A DNA stretch of 55,088 nt from Phoronis australis (GCA_002633005.1 NMRA01001100.1:1-55088); one strand, 5' to 3'; positions 36,652 to 50,646 are shown, counted from the stretch's first letter. The notes: generated by a model from the sequence alone, not told the origin. Numbers and translations: made by a program.

Positions 36652-38569
36652 CAGTACTTTCACATCACCTTTGTAATGAATGGCCTGGATACAAACATCA
36701 AGGCTTCGTCGTCACAGACAGACTCAATTGCATCGGTTCCAGAAAGCTCAAGCCCACTGAAAATATACCATTGCCATAATCACATTTAGGTGATAAAGAA
36801 AGTTACCACGAGTTCAACATTTATCAGCAACTAATCGAGGGTGCCAGGCAGTCATACGTACAGACTTTGAGACATACGCACAAAACACTGCATCATTTGG
36901 AAGAACGCTTCTTTTTTACATACGAACCACAACAGAAGAAAGGCTTATACTAATGGTAAAATCTTTTCAATTTGGTACACATTATGGGGAAACGACATTC
37001 AGTGACTGCATCGATTGTCTTATTTTCAGTAGAAAGCCCGTTAATGTTACACTTTGATGATTGAATAAATTTTTAATCAACAGGCAGGTTTGTCACTAAT
37101 TATTGAAACCACAATATTTCTTCAGTTTTAAAGTCCCATGCAGTGCACTTGTGCTTATTCTTGATAAAGCTGAAGTGAATACCGAATACGCTTGCGAATT
37201 GTCATTTTCCCGTTGACCCATGGAAATGTGCAGCGATCAAAATGAAGTATTCCCTTTGTTTGCATTTGATTTTTTTTGTGTGTAATTATTTTTAGAGCTT
37301 TCTTAAGAAGGCCTTTGAACAATTTTAAGGTTTGTGTTAACTTGTCTATGAACAAAAGTTCGCATGCAAGATAAGTATGTTTTCAATTGTAGGTATCTGG
37401 ATAAGAATCTGATATGCATAAGATTCGAGAACAAACAATTATCAGTGTATTTAAAAACACATGGCAAACTGAAAAACCACAGAAAGAAAGAACATTGTGA
37501 CGGAGTCCATGATCAGGCATATCAGTGCTGATTTTCTGAATTACGTTCAATTCTCTCAGGTAATTGTCCAAACGTAAAATAGACGGTCAGGCGGTTGGTT
37601 TCAGTTGCTTTCTCTCACGTGTAACAGAATAGTAGAAATATTAACAAATTGTAAAAGAAAAAACAAGACAAAACTACTTTTGTAAGGCAGAACATACTTG
37701 ACGTTTCATCTTCATGTTTATATGTAGAAACCAATAACCTTTGTACCCAAGTCTTATTTAATATCTGAATTAAAATATGTGTAACAGGCTAAAAGTGATG
37801 TAAAAATGTGTATTTATCAACAAGTAAAATTCATTCTAGGTGTCATTTTTTTCCAATGCAATGTTACTACATTTACTGAATTAAGGCTTATTCATGTTAA
37901 CTGATAACTGATCTGGTAGTCCTGGGGGTGGGGTCCGCGATAAAATAAGGAAACTCACTCATCTAGAGAATTTTATTAGAAACAGCATAGTTTTGAAATG
38001 AAACTGCTGTGAAAAAGTCACCCTTGACTTCTGTGCATCACCTACCATATTTTGGGAGCACTCCCACCCAGGACAATATGAATATGTGTTGCTAGCCTAC
38101 CCGTCATCGAGTGAGTTTCCTAAAAGAAACACTTAATTTCACTCAATAAACCCGTTATTCAGTGGGGTAACTGGTGGAGATAACATCACCGAACGATGTT
38201 AGAGTAGAAACTGACTGCTAAAAACTTACTACGTAAAGTTGTGTAGTCTCCGAATGGAACGTTACTGCATAGTCATAGAGCATGCACACACGGGGCTTCA
38301 GCATCCACACACTTTTTGTCAGTTAGTTGACCCTTTTGACCGCAATTCTCCACGAATATAGTAACCGTTAGATCTTTTGGGAATTTGTGGCCACCTGGCG
38401 AAGACTTGCACCAGGGAAATTAGCAGTAATAAGGCTTTGCGCTACGACGTATTTTGATAACAATTCCATCTTTTGCTAATTGTTTACATGCAGAGAGCCA
38501 CGCATGCGCAATTCAATCACCAATAGTACATCAGCGACACCGCGAGGATAAATCTCCGAATAGCCCCAT

Positions 38570-38940
38570 TGTTCGGTTGGTTCTCGCTTGGTCATATGGC
38601 CGGTGAAATTCACTTGGCAATGAATGAAGTAAAGTTGGGACGCATCTGAGATGCACCACTACCCAGAACAAAGAAAGAAGTTCGTTTTTTTCTCGGGTGG
38701 GCTGGTTACTACACAAAGTTTATCCCAAACTTTGCTGAAATCACTGAGCACTCATAGAAGAAACAGTCTAACACCTTGCAACGGGAGGATGCTCAGCAGC
38801 ATGCGTTCAACACTCTTGGAGACCTGCTGACGAGAGCACCTATACCGAGATTACCCAATTTCAGTAATTCATCGTTGAGACTGATGCGTCAGATATTGGA
38901 ATAGGCTGTATTTTATTGCATTAGGATGATGATGGTAGTT
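38570..38940 (+). mobile_element. Gypsy RT/RNase H relic, 3' part
   Basis: PRTKKEVRFFLGWAGYYTKFIPNFAEI...APIPRLPNFS...VETDASDIGIGCIL. Confidence 0.85.
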
Positions 38941-39155
38941 GTAACATGTGCTAGTAACAAATTTTTATCTTGGGTTACGGACTTACTCAGGCTCTGATAA
39001 TGTACATGTAGGTGCTGGTTGCCTGAACAGGTAGTGATGATTATTGGAAAATGGGTGATAGATCTAAATGTTGATCAATTTTTTAATTTTCCGTGTTGCG
39101 AAAATCCTAAGAAGAATTTTCATGAGGAGGGGCTTATTTGTCAGAATAAGTACTT

Positions 39156-42100
39156 AGTAAGTAATTAGTACGAATAAATCCATTTTAAGTTTTCTAAAAT
39201 TTGTACTCTGTGTATTTTTAAAGCATGGGGCATTTGTTAACCTGTATTTTAAAGTAAAAATCTATTTTTAGATGGTTTTGACTGCATTGGCTCTGGGGTC
39301 AAATCACTCTAGAGATTCTAAAATTTCGGAAAGGAATTAATAAAGTTAATGATATCATTAGGTAAGATCATGTGGTTTTTATTAGGCAATCGCTAAATAA
39401 TTAGATTTTCATAATTTGGGCTGAAAACAACAAGATATTCAGATGAACTACAGTAGTTGAAGTTAAAGACTTGTTACAGTGTACAGAGGAAATTTTACAG
39501 CAGAGCCACCTCGTGGAAGATTTTAAACAGGATCTCGGCAAGGGCAAGGGTTAACGAACAGGAAGTTAACTAAGAGCTTGTCACTTGCATCGTGGATCGT
39601 AAGATACTACTTATACGTGTTGCGTCACAGAGACTAAGACCAGCGAGAGAAATCATAGGTAGAAGATATTGCATGCAAGTGTTGCCTCACGAGCTACTGT
39701 GAACAGCAGGAGGAATCGTGGTTAAAACATATTGCCTGCAAGTGCTGCGTCTAGAAGGACAGTGACCAGTTAGTACACTGTCGCAGTACAGTGTGTAGTT
39801 CGAAGATTTAACAACAGGAATGCCATCCAACACAACTTGGAGAATCCTACAGCTTGGATAGCAGATAACTAAGACATTTTATTATTTCGGTTGATTAAAG
39901 TAATCTTTAAAGAGGGCTCTAGCGTAGTGACTCTTCTTTGTAGTTGGTAACAGGAGATATCTCGGAATTTACGGACAACCAAGCCTCAGGAATTTGTGCG
40001 CAGCCGTATTAAGACATAGAGACAGAGGAATTATCACAAATGTAAATTTTATGGACAGCCCATAGTCTACAGGACAAAACTGTATTTCCTGCAACGCCTA
40101 TCCCTCCTCTCTGCATTGTTGTTACGTAATCCGCCATTACAATGCCAAGAAGCAAAGACAGGGGCCGCGCAAATACTCGCAGCTCCATTGCTGATAATAT
40201 GAGCCCCAACCAAGATATCTCAAACAAAGATCTTTTGTAATCCTTAAACAAGCGATTCGATAATATGGAAAAATAATTCAACAAACTCAGAACAGAATAT
40301 GAAGACACGAAAAGAGAGAACGAAAAGTTGAAAACTTTTATTAAAGATCTGACCGCGAAAATTGATGACCTAGAAAATCGGTCCTGGCGTGATAATGTAA
40401 TCGTCCATGGCTTGAAAGAAGAAAACATTGAATCGTGGGAAATGTCTGAAGCTCTCGTAGTAAATCTTGCCAAAGATCATTTAGGTATCGATATCCACGT
40501 CGAGAGGGCACACAGACTGGGAAAGAAAATAAGTGGAAAGACCCGTCCGATCATTGCTAAGGTGTCTTCTAAAGACAAGACCTATATTTTGAAAACGCAA
40601 AAACCTACAAAACCCAGCCATCCACATTACCCAAGATTTTTCAGTTAGAGTGTGCAATGCCAGAAAGGAACTGTATAAATTCTCGAAGGAAAACGACATG
40701 GAAAATGCAAGCATACGGTATGACAAGCTCATTCACGAAAGGAAAACTTATATGTACGACGACGACAACGAGATAGTTTTTGAATGCAACAGATGGGATG
40801 GAGGCCAAAACCCACCCCTGTATACAAACGGCATATCCTTGATGAGCTGGAGCGCACATGGTCTCGCCAAACAGATTGGACAATCTGAGGTTCTGGACTT
40901 TATATCTAGGTATCATGTAGTAGCAGTCAGTGAAACATGGGCAAATAAACCAAACCAGTTTAGTGTACCAGGCTATGTAAACATTGATGTGCAAAACATA
41001 AAGAGAAGAAAATTTGGAAGAAACTCCGGAGGAGTGAGTGTATTTATCAAACATGAATTAGGAAAATATTTTAGACGTTTGAATGTTGATCATATTAACG
41101 GTGTAGTCATAAAGGTCGACAAAAGGTTGTTTAAGACGGACAACGATGTTATTATTTGTTTTATTTATGTAGCCCCAGAAGGGTCGCCAGTGTATGAAAA
41201 ATGGGGTAACCCTGCTTTTTCAAGAGTTGTTGAATTTGTCTCGGAAGTTTTGTGATTGTCATTTTGTTGTCATGGGTGACCTAAATGCTAGAGTCGGGAA
41301 CTTGCAAGACTACATGTATATTCTAGATGACAGTGCGGATTTCTTACCGTGTCAAGATTGGTACGATAGTGACACATTTTGTTGGCCCAGACAGTCTAAG
41401 GATGAAACTGTAAACAATTTTGGCAAAACTTTAATTGAATTATGTTGTGACTTAAACATGCATATAGTTAACGGTAGGAGTCAGAGTGATAAACATGGCG
41501 TGTTTACATGTCACGCTTCAGGTGGTTGTAGCACTGTAGACTATTTGATGGTATCAACAAGTCTCTTTCAACATATTTCAGATTTTAGTGTAGACACATT
41601 TGAGAAGTCTGACCATTTTCCTATTGTTTGTAATGTTGCAGGTAATTGTGTGTATGACATTCGTTGTACCGTTAGCCAATCAGCATCGCAATCAAACACT
41701 CGACTGGAGTGGGATAGTGGCCGAGTAGCAGAATTCCATGAAGTGTTCTCAAGTTGCCTATCAGAAAGTCTAGATCGAATAGTTGAACAGATTGCTCGTT
41801 GCGACGTAGAAAGTGCAACAGATGGTGTCACAAATCTGTATAAACAAACTGCTACATCGATGGCAATGTTTAAAAACAAACGTACTTATGCTAAACGGCA
41901 GAGCAAACAACCCCCTTGGTTTGACAAAAATTACATACTGCGAAAAATCTAAAAAATCACTCTTTGAATATTTTTCGGAGAGACTCATCCCCTGCAAAAT
42001 TGGCAGTATACAAAGAAAACAAGAAACAATTTCGCATGCTATACAAAGAAAAAGAAAAAGAGCATCAATAAAAGAGCATCAATCAAAGATGCTAGAATAT

Positions 42101-45100
42101 ATTTTGGATAGTAGAAATAATCCAAAGCAATTCTGGGCTTTGGTAAAATCAAAATTTAATAGTAGTCCGAAGGAAACTGCGATAACTTTAGAACGGCGGT
42201 ACACGTATTTTAATTTGTTGCTCAATGAACGGATGGAACCGAGCGACACTATGTCAATTACGGTAGTAAGACAACAAGAAAATCATGACAATTACTGTGA
42301 TGCTTGTGACAAAACTTTACCCAGTGATATGAACACTTGTTTCTCATGTGAGGAAATTGACTGCGCTATAATGGATCTTCCAAAGGGCAAAGCAGCCGGC
42401 ATTGATCACGTTGTGTTTGAAATGTTGAAGAGTACAAGGGTAGCTATTGTTCATGGATTGGAACTGCTTTTCAATGAATTCTAGCTACAGGTCACTACAC
42501 ACAGGGCTGATGAAACGCAATAATTGTTCCTATATTTAAACAGGGAAACACTGAAGATGACAACAATTATAGAGGTATCTCATTGTTGTCAGCAATAGGA
42601 AATCTATTCACCAAACTTTTGAACAACCTGCTTAGGACCTGGACTGAGGCAAATGACGAACTTCGTGAATCACAGGCGGGATTCCGCAAGGGCTATTGCA
42701 CTCAGGACCAAATGTTCACACCTCAGGCCATGTGCCAAAAATATATCACTAAGCCCGGTGTCGTTTTTATTGTGCTTTTGTCGACTTTTTGAAGGCGTTT
42801 GACAGAGTTCCCCACATGCTACTCTGGTATAAATTACAAAAAATGGTGTCCATGGTAACGTACTTAAAGTCTTGAATCCATGTACAGCAAATTACGTTAA
42901 TGCGTAAGGACCCGAGAAGGGTTAACCGACTTTTTTGACTGTTCTGTCGGCAACAGACAAGGTTGTATGATCAGCCCACTATTGTTTATCATGTATTTGA
43001 ACGAATTTATCGAAGTCCTAGATAATGCCCAAATATTAGAGGGATTTATATCAATGAAGAGGCTCCGCACGTCAAATCGCTGTTGTATGCTGATGACATG
43101 GTTCTGTGTTCGAGCACTGAAATTAATTTGCAAAGAATGTTAAAGTGCCTTTATGATTATTGCTCTTCTTGGGGCATGAGTGTAAATCTGAAAAAAACTA
43201 AGATCATTGGTTTTAGAAATGGCGGGCCACTCAGAACGTATGAGAAGTGATATTATGGAAACCAAGTAGTGGAGGCTGTCTCCCAATATAAATATCTTAG
43301 AATATTTTTCACACCAAGATTAGTTTGGTCCAAAGCCACTAAAACTCTGGCACGTCAAGGTAGTAAAGCTGCTATGTCCATCTCTAAAATTAGAAACCGG
43401 TGCACGGAATTACCATTGAGCCTATCACTTAAACTGTTTGATAAAATTGCTGTGCCAACTATGTGCTACGGGGCGGAAATCTGGGGATTCAAAGAATACG
43501 AATGGCTTGAAAATGTTTATGTTAAATTCTGTGAAATTGCTCTTGGAGTTGGAAACTCTTGCTCAAACACAGCTGTATTGGGTGAATGTGGAATTTAACC
43601 GCTCTATGCAAAGTATTATGTCACGTGTGTAAAATTTTGAATAAAGTTATTGAAAATGCCACCTACTAGATACGCTAAAGCGCCTTATGACATGTTAGCT
43701 GATTTAGATAAGAACGGAAGAAATACTTGGGTATCTTCTGTTAGACAATTGCTACCAAAATACGGTTTTTACGAAATTTGGTTGAATCAAGGTGTCACGT
43801 GCGAAGTCTCGTTTTAAGTTTCTTCGCGCAAAGATTAATGACTGTTATGAACAAAGTTGGCGATCAGAAATTGAGCATAATGCAAATCTTAAATTCTACA
43901 GTAACTTTAAGACTCTGTACTGTTTTGAACCATATCTTAAGTTACCGCTACACAGTAGTCTTATTCAAGCGTTTACTCGTTTACGTTGCTCCAACCACAG
44001 ACTACAAGTGGAAGTGGGTAGACACGAGAAAATGGAATATTACAATAGATTATGTATGGCTTGCAATGATGGCCTTGTAGAGGATGAATACCATTTCCTG
44101 TTGGTTTGCACGGGATATTGTGAACCTAGGTCACGTTTTATGAAGGAAGTTCAATGGAGGCATCCCACTCATGAATCCTGTATACGCCTGCTCGCTAATC
44201 CAGATATATCTGCTGTTAAATATGTGTATTTTACCCTTAAAAGACGAGAACAACTCTTAAATGGGTTGACTGCGTGTGCAAATGTGCCTGATTAATTGTT
44301 TGTTTATTGTACTTTGGGCCAGAGGCCTTCAATACAAATAAACGTATTACTAGTTGATAACAACAGCTTTCAATTGTCTAATCATTGATTATTAGATGAT
44401 AAATCAATTGCTTGATTTAATTATTCTCTATCCATCTACCCACAATCTCTAAGCATAGCTAAAATAGAACCTCATGGATTGAACATAAAAACTTCGTAAA
44501 ATATATCATTGAATTTTTTACGCAAAAATGTATCTTATTCATTACACCATATCTCAAATGTCAATTGTCATATAGCGTTTGATTTTACTTTATTTATGTT
44601 TCTGTTGACAAAGAACGTTATTACATCCGAAAATTTCAGTTGATCCATTCTTGTTGTTTTATTTACCTATTTATATTCTACATTTCGTGAAACAATAGTA
44701 TCCTTGGGAGGATCTGGATCGCCTTATTTAGTTTCAGATTTATTTTCTACGATATTTAACTTTTAAACAAACCCACGGTTAATTCATGACCCTCGCTAAA
44801 CAAAAACTCGTTCAGAATTATTGTCAAAAGACTGAGATCCTGACAGCGATTGCTGATTGGCTGATTTGTCAGTGACGTGGCTGGTGGGGACTCTACTGCT
44901 TATCACTTATATTGCTGGGCCATATTTTGAAAAGTTCAGATCGTATTAAATCATTATATCAGTCGTTTTTTCGTTTTAGTGTTTGCCACAGTGCCGTAAC
45001 TGGTTCTTCATGCTTTTTGTGTGGATCCTTGTTTTTCGAACTCTTTCGAAAAGTGTCTTCTAAGGGGATGGTCATCGCCGGGTTGCCCAAGTCTTGACCC

Positions 45101-45578
45101 AAAGGTGTATACTAAATAATATATGCCTACAGGTTTGCGCCGATATGGGTAAAACTATGGACAACTAGAATCTGACACAAATTAAAACTACTCTCATCCT
45201 TGAGTAAATCTAGGAACCAAGTTCCTAGAGTAAACTAACTTATTTACCGGTATTGGAAAAGTTAGCCATCGTAAATCGGCTACTGTTAAAATTGTGGTGC
45301 GTTCTCTTGAGTCTCCTTTTGGCGATTACGTCACCTAACCTTCACCAGTTTCTTTCCCCCGACTCTTTTATCAAGTGTTCTTCGCTTCCAGCACCTACAT
45401 GTAGGTTGCGTACCTGTCACAACAAATTAATGTAGCTTGTTCATTTCGTTCCAAGTTTTTAGTATTTTAAAACCAATCAACTGAATTTTAGAACAAAGTT
45501 TGCGGCCGCGAAGTTGTCATCATTTTCCGAAAGACGTCGCAAAATTTTACGAAATGGCGAGGGCACCGTGTCACGAAC
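39156..45578. mobile_element. 6.4-kb composite insertion (unclassified element hosting a LINE)
   Basis: Absent from the duplicate, where aaatactt-ca-gtgctgtttttgaaacgg is contiguous at about 52304-52330. Confidence 0.7.
39461..44350 (+). mobile_element. Near full-length decayed LINE (CR1/L2 group; ORF1 plus APE-RT ORF2)
   Basis: ORF1 from ATG 40142: coiled coil, DLENRSWRDNVIVHGL, VERAHRLG, RPIIAK. ORF2: SETW, GDLNAR, TVDY, SDHFP (APE); NYRGISL, QAGFRKG, RQGCMISPLLF, YADD (RT); CMAC..EDEYHFLLVC, ending at 44295. AATAAA near the 3' end; possible TSD TAGTTGA at 39454-39460 and 44351-44357. Multiple frameshifts and stops. Confidence 0.92.
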
Positions 45579-46895
45579 GTGCTGTTTTTGAAACGGACAT
45601 AACACTGTTTTCCACTTACAAGAAGACAACCGTTAGTCACAGAATGTCAATTTCGCTTAGTGTGTTAGAAATATTTTACCTCTGGTAAAAAGCCTTTGTT
45701 CTCGAAGGAAGTATTGCATGTAACACAGGGGAGAAGCAATGGTATACCAGATGCCTTGGGATTTAATTTGACTGTGATCCACTTTAAAAGGCCTTGACCC
45801 AAATGGTTTATATATGCACAAAACGTACCGAGAGTGTCGTACATGTAGTAATAATCCACTAGACATTATTACCATGCGGGGAATAATGTCGAGTGGAATA
45901 TTACTTCATGTACGCCAATCAAGGTACGTTGTGTGTTTATCCAATACGCTTCAAATTCCCTAAGTGTCTTTCAATTTTTCTGCAGATTTTTTAAATGCTT
46001 AACTTAGACTGTTCACCTGGCGGACCACATCCTAAATGTATGTCCTTCCGCGTTAGGCTGCACGTTTTCCCTAGTGAAAGAAACAGTTTTAAATGTGACG
46101 ATTTATTACTTGAAAGGAGACAACAAAAATGAAAACAATAGTAACTTTTTATTGAACGTGTAACATCTCCTGAAAGTAGTTAAATAACAACAACATTTGA
46201 TGTTGTAGTTACCGAGGAATTGGCGCCTGAGTTGAAGAAGATATAACATTTTGCAAATGAAAACTGAGACACAACTGCCATCTAATTAATAGTCCTGTTT
46301 CATAGGTTACGATTGAGATCTCATTGCATGTTGAGTGATATTTACACTGCTATAATTGTATTACTTTAAACTATTTTTCCGAAAGTTGGGTGATCGAATC
46401 GGCTAACGAAGTCGAGTCGACATTAACCTACCTTTTGAACTCTCCATGTCAGAGGTCACTGTTGAAGTAGTGCGGGAGGTGAATTCCCGAAAACTTTATT
46501 AGATGGCCATATTTCCCTCGACGGATTCAACGCGCATGGGATTAAAAACGCTTTTAAAATGTGAAGTTTCGGCATGCAGCTTTTTTTCATTGAAGTGTTC
46601 TTCAGCGATGAATTTCACATTTAAACATTTGAAGGGAATAACAACAGAATAACTCTTGACGCCGTTTATGCCAAAAATCTGACAAAAAAGTTGACCATAG
46701 TGTTAATGAGTCTTCGTCCAGTATATGTTTCTGCCTTGAAAGGACACAGGCCGGTGTTGTCAACACAAGACTCCACGCCCATGAAAAGGCAAATTATCAC
46801 AACACTGGCGTAGTCCCCAACGAGGCTGTCGGGTGTAACCTTTCTGAAACCCTTGTCAAGCATAGTGTCACGGCTTGTTTCGTTCTGTCTCGCAG

Positions 46896-47177
46896 GGACG
46901 AACTTCGATTGCAAAGTTGACGTTAAAGGACTTGACTATATTGGTGACGTTCACCAGGCCTACACTGGACAAGAGTGCAGGCACTGGAATAGTCCTGAAG
47001 TTCAGCGGCACATGTCCACAAACACACGTTTAATAGGACCATATCGCACGTGGTCATTGGCCTCGCAAACGTCGAACCATTGTAGAAATCCGGATCATGA
47101 AGAGGACGGTCCTTGGTGTTACATACAAGCAGAGAATGTACCTTCGTGGCGTGTTTGTGACATCAGACTTTGTAGCA
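46896..47177 (+). CDS. Kringle-domain exon 1
   Basis: ctcgcag|xTNFDCKVDVKGLDYIG...GQECRHW...NHCRNPDHEEDGPWCY...WRVCDIRLCS|gtaagt. Six Cys, CRNPD and PWCY; 282 nt, phase 1-1. Confidence 0.93.
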
Positions 47178-48377
47178 GTAAGTACTAGCACGATACACAA
47201 TCAGATTTTCAAGCTCAGTGGTTGTGCAGTGTGATTGCATATACATCAAAAACTGCATTTCGTGTACTCCTGCTGACACGATTCCTATTCATATTTTAGT
47301 TTTATGTAATACTGAAATAAATGTAAAGATACTCCTACCGTCAAAGGAACAACTCAATCGTCTGTAGTACATTGATCAATTTGGTGTCTACGGAACGAAC
47401 ACGTAGATCAGCTACACAACAAGCTTGTCCGATACAAATATCGTCCATATCAGTGTGACGTTATTGTGCATGTTTCTGCATTTAGTAATATCAGAATGTG
47501 CCATAAACTTGCTGAAAATCATATTTTGAAAATACAAATGTATTCCGTCAAACATCGAAGTTTGAGGATAGTCCATCGTTTCCCCCTTTCGCTGTATTCA
47601 AAAATTGTCCAATTTGCACACTTCGATCTAGGAACTAAATGTACTCCCTTTCTTCACTCGCTCAATGGCTAACTGAATGCCAGGGGTAAGTTGGCGCTGG
47701 TTATAATTTCGATATATTTAATTGAAATAACTCAAGGACTAGGGCCAGTGGTGAAGTATTTTTTGTGATGATATATGTTTTTCACATTGATAACATTAGG
47801 GATTTAAAAGGAACCACAGTCTAATATATATTTGCGGAATGATAATTTAGATTCTGGAAATGCCTAGACTATGTTTGAATCGGTTAAAATTTCAAGTAAA
47901 TTGTGAGAGACAATGAATATCCTGGCACGGGTTTGTGGCAATGAGTTGAAAGTTGAAGTTGTATTAAACCTGAGTTGCATTTACAAAACCAACAGTTTCA
48001 GCGTTAGTCAACAGATAACCAGAGACATCAGGTTATTGAATCAACGAGGATACCAGTTGCTGGGAGTGTCTCAGAAGAACACCGCAAGTCATGATCTATG
48101 CAGCACTGAGTGGAGCTTAGAACGTTTTGAGGTACCTGTACATTCAGAGCTAAAAAATGTGCTTTCGCCGAATTATGACAGTTTCCGTCTTCATAGTGGA
48201 TTTTTTTCTACTTTCTGGAGGTTTTTGTTTCTCTGAGGAGGACCTTTTTGCCTACGTTTCGAAATGGGGGCTAGTTTCAACCTGCAACCCCTGGATGTGC
48301 ACGCCAGGGGCTTACTCATGTTAATAAAGCGTGAACACTTGAGCATGAAATTAGCCACTTACTAACCAGACTAAGGG

Positions 48378-50270
48378 ATTTGGTGACCCTCGCATGAGAA
48401 GCGGATCTGTAGAGGAGCAACCCTAGAACTTTGAAAAAGAACAAGTTAGGGCACGTATCATGCAATATTAGCTCATGTCCACCATGTTGACTAGAGAAGG
48501 CATTCCCACGAGACTAATGAGAGAAGGCAGGCCCCTAAATCCAAACAGCAGATGGAGAAGGAAAGAACTGAACACAAGAGGGCGCCAGGAAACTGAAACC
48601 TTAACAACTTTTAGTTGACGGTAATATCGCAAAGCCATCTCGTGGAGTTAAACCGAAGCTCGTTAATATTTATGCAAGATAGTATAATATAGATAACTTC
48701 CCTAAAAGTTTCTAAAGAAGCGCTGAGGGCCAGGATTTACTAGAAGGAATGGGCAATTGGTCTCACCTCCCTATTAAGATGCAAGGGCCTACAATTTACT
48801 AGTTTGTGGCACGTGTGCATCGCTATCTACTCAAGTAGCTTGACATGTGACACTATAACAAGGTCAATGGGTGAGTTGACTGACCTCTTACTGAGTGCGC
48901 TGTATGTGAACACCTTTACATTAATCCGGCGTTGTTTTCAAGATAGTGGACAGTATATTGAGGCCCAAGGAACAGATAAAACGAGCACTGAAGTGTCACT
49001 AATGAAGAAGTAACAACAACGCTCACACGAGCCAGACCCCAGGACGGTCGACTAGATGACCATCCTTGCAGGAAAAATGTGGTTCTTCTGTATTTAAACT
49101 GGACAATTTGCCATTTCCTGTTCGAAGCCGGCTCAGCGGAAGGAGCGCCAAAACTCAGCTGCAGTCAACCACCAAGGTTTGAACAGAAACGATAGGGCGC
49201 CGGTGAAGTGTTGTAATCCAGAAAGCGCCTTCAATGGAAAGCTGCGTCCAAAGAACGGATAACTAAGGACAAAGAAGGTTTTGAGAGGCTCAATCTGCAC
49301 CAGTATTGTGCTTCGATCCAGTTTGTCTACCCAGAAGATATGACCTACCGGAAGAGGTCGTGACGGATCCAAAAAACATAAAGCTGTCTGTCACCAGGAT
49401 CAAATTTTACAGACCGCATTACATGGGGGGCAGATTTTGCTTTTCTTGTTCATTTGGGACATTACTGGAGCTCCGGATGTTGTGCATATCGAGCGACTGC
49501 ATTCAGGGACTGCCGTCAAAAAGGACGCTGCAGGCAACAGCATGGTGGAGGTTCTGAACGACGACTCTTAAATATTCACTACTTCCGAAAAGAAAGATCC
49601 AGTAACCTTAACTGCAGTTAGAGTAAAAAGTTTGCAATGGAACGTAGTCAGATTCAGAGGAATCCAGCTGAGATGCACTAGCAGAGATCACCAAGTATAA
49701 TGCACATCGACAAAAAGTGGACGTTAAGCTGTTAGCTGTTTGGGCAACTGTACAATAGGCGGGTCTATGGCACTTCAAGTAAGACCATCACTGAAAAGCC
49801 TGTAAGATCAAGACGAAGTCAATGTCGAACGACATAGCACCGGTCACTAGTCATATTTAAATGAGGGAGGCTCAGTGAAGAAATCCCGATCGGCTGCACA
49901 AGAATATGGATGGCGATGAGGTGAAAATGTAATGGGACCGAGCAAGATTCTGATGTCCGTGATGCTACTCCACGACGAGGCCGTGCTTTGTGGAAACCTC
50001 GGTGACAGGAAGGCAGCTAATTAGATCACTGGCATTATGTCAACGATGCCATACTCTTTTCTGTCATCTGGGAAGGAAATCTTTGTACATTGTTCATCTA
50101 GGGACATACAGTATTTCACCGAGTAAAACAAGCATTTTTCAGAACACTACTGTCAAAATGAGGCACTATTTATCAATTGAAGCTCTTTGGAATTTGGTTT
50201 ACAACGAATTTCGCCTATCTGGACGACAAGAAGCTAACTTGCATCCAGGAGGCAACAACGTCAACTAATA
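48378..50270 (+). mobile_element. Highly decayed LTR-retrotransposon (Gypsy-like) internal region
   Basis: Primer-binding-site-like tttggtgaccc at about 48379 and an EEVVTDPKN.KAV remnant at about 49350; otherwise fragmentary. Confidence 0.4.
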
Positions 50271-50271
50271 A

Positions 50272-50380
50272 TAACTGAACCTGTTAACTGAAGACGACGA
50301 GGGTCTTTATACCCACGAAATCTTCAGTGACCGGAGTGAGGTGTTGGAGAATTCCACATGGCTGGAACTAGTAGACGGAC
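50272..50380 (+). pseudogene. 5'-truncated duplicate of the Ig exon
   Basis: NLLTEDDEGLYTHEIFSDRSEVLENSTWLELVDG|gtgagt. The F-strand Cys has become His (TGC>CAC); no acceptor or 5' two-thirds of the exon. Confidence 0.88.
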
Positions 50381-50609
50381 GTGAGTATTGGAACATCCAT
50401 GAGCGAATGGCATCAGATTTATAAAAATGAGGACTGTACTGTCGGGTTTCTTCTGCATTTTTCTTCGACTCACTAGTTTCGCAATTAATTTGTGAAGATG
50501 ACCCAAAAATAATTCAAACTTTCAAAAATGAAATCTGGAAACTTAGAGACTAGTCTATTTTTGTGTAATTTTCCATGTTACATATGCGTTTGTATACATA
50601 TATACATGT

Positions 50610-50646
<37 letters not shown>

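Larger units (their letters stand above)
31090..38567. mobile_element. 7.5-kb TIR element with an AT TSD (ISL2EU / PIF-Harbinger-like), non-autonomous, with nested inserts
   Basis: Perfect 13-bp TIRs GGGGCTATTCGGA / TCCGAATAGCCCC; AT on both sides; empty site acaattgttc in the duplicate at about 51710. Confidence 0.85.

Noticed and set aside
46666-46914. Duplicated minus-strand 82-aa ORF (also 53391-53639) and the 68-aa ORFs at 47466 and 54191
   Set aside because: Their conservation simply reflects the near-identical duplication; they have no protein features.
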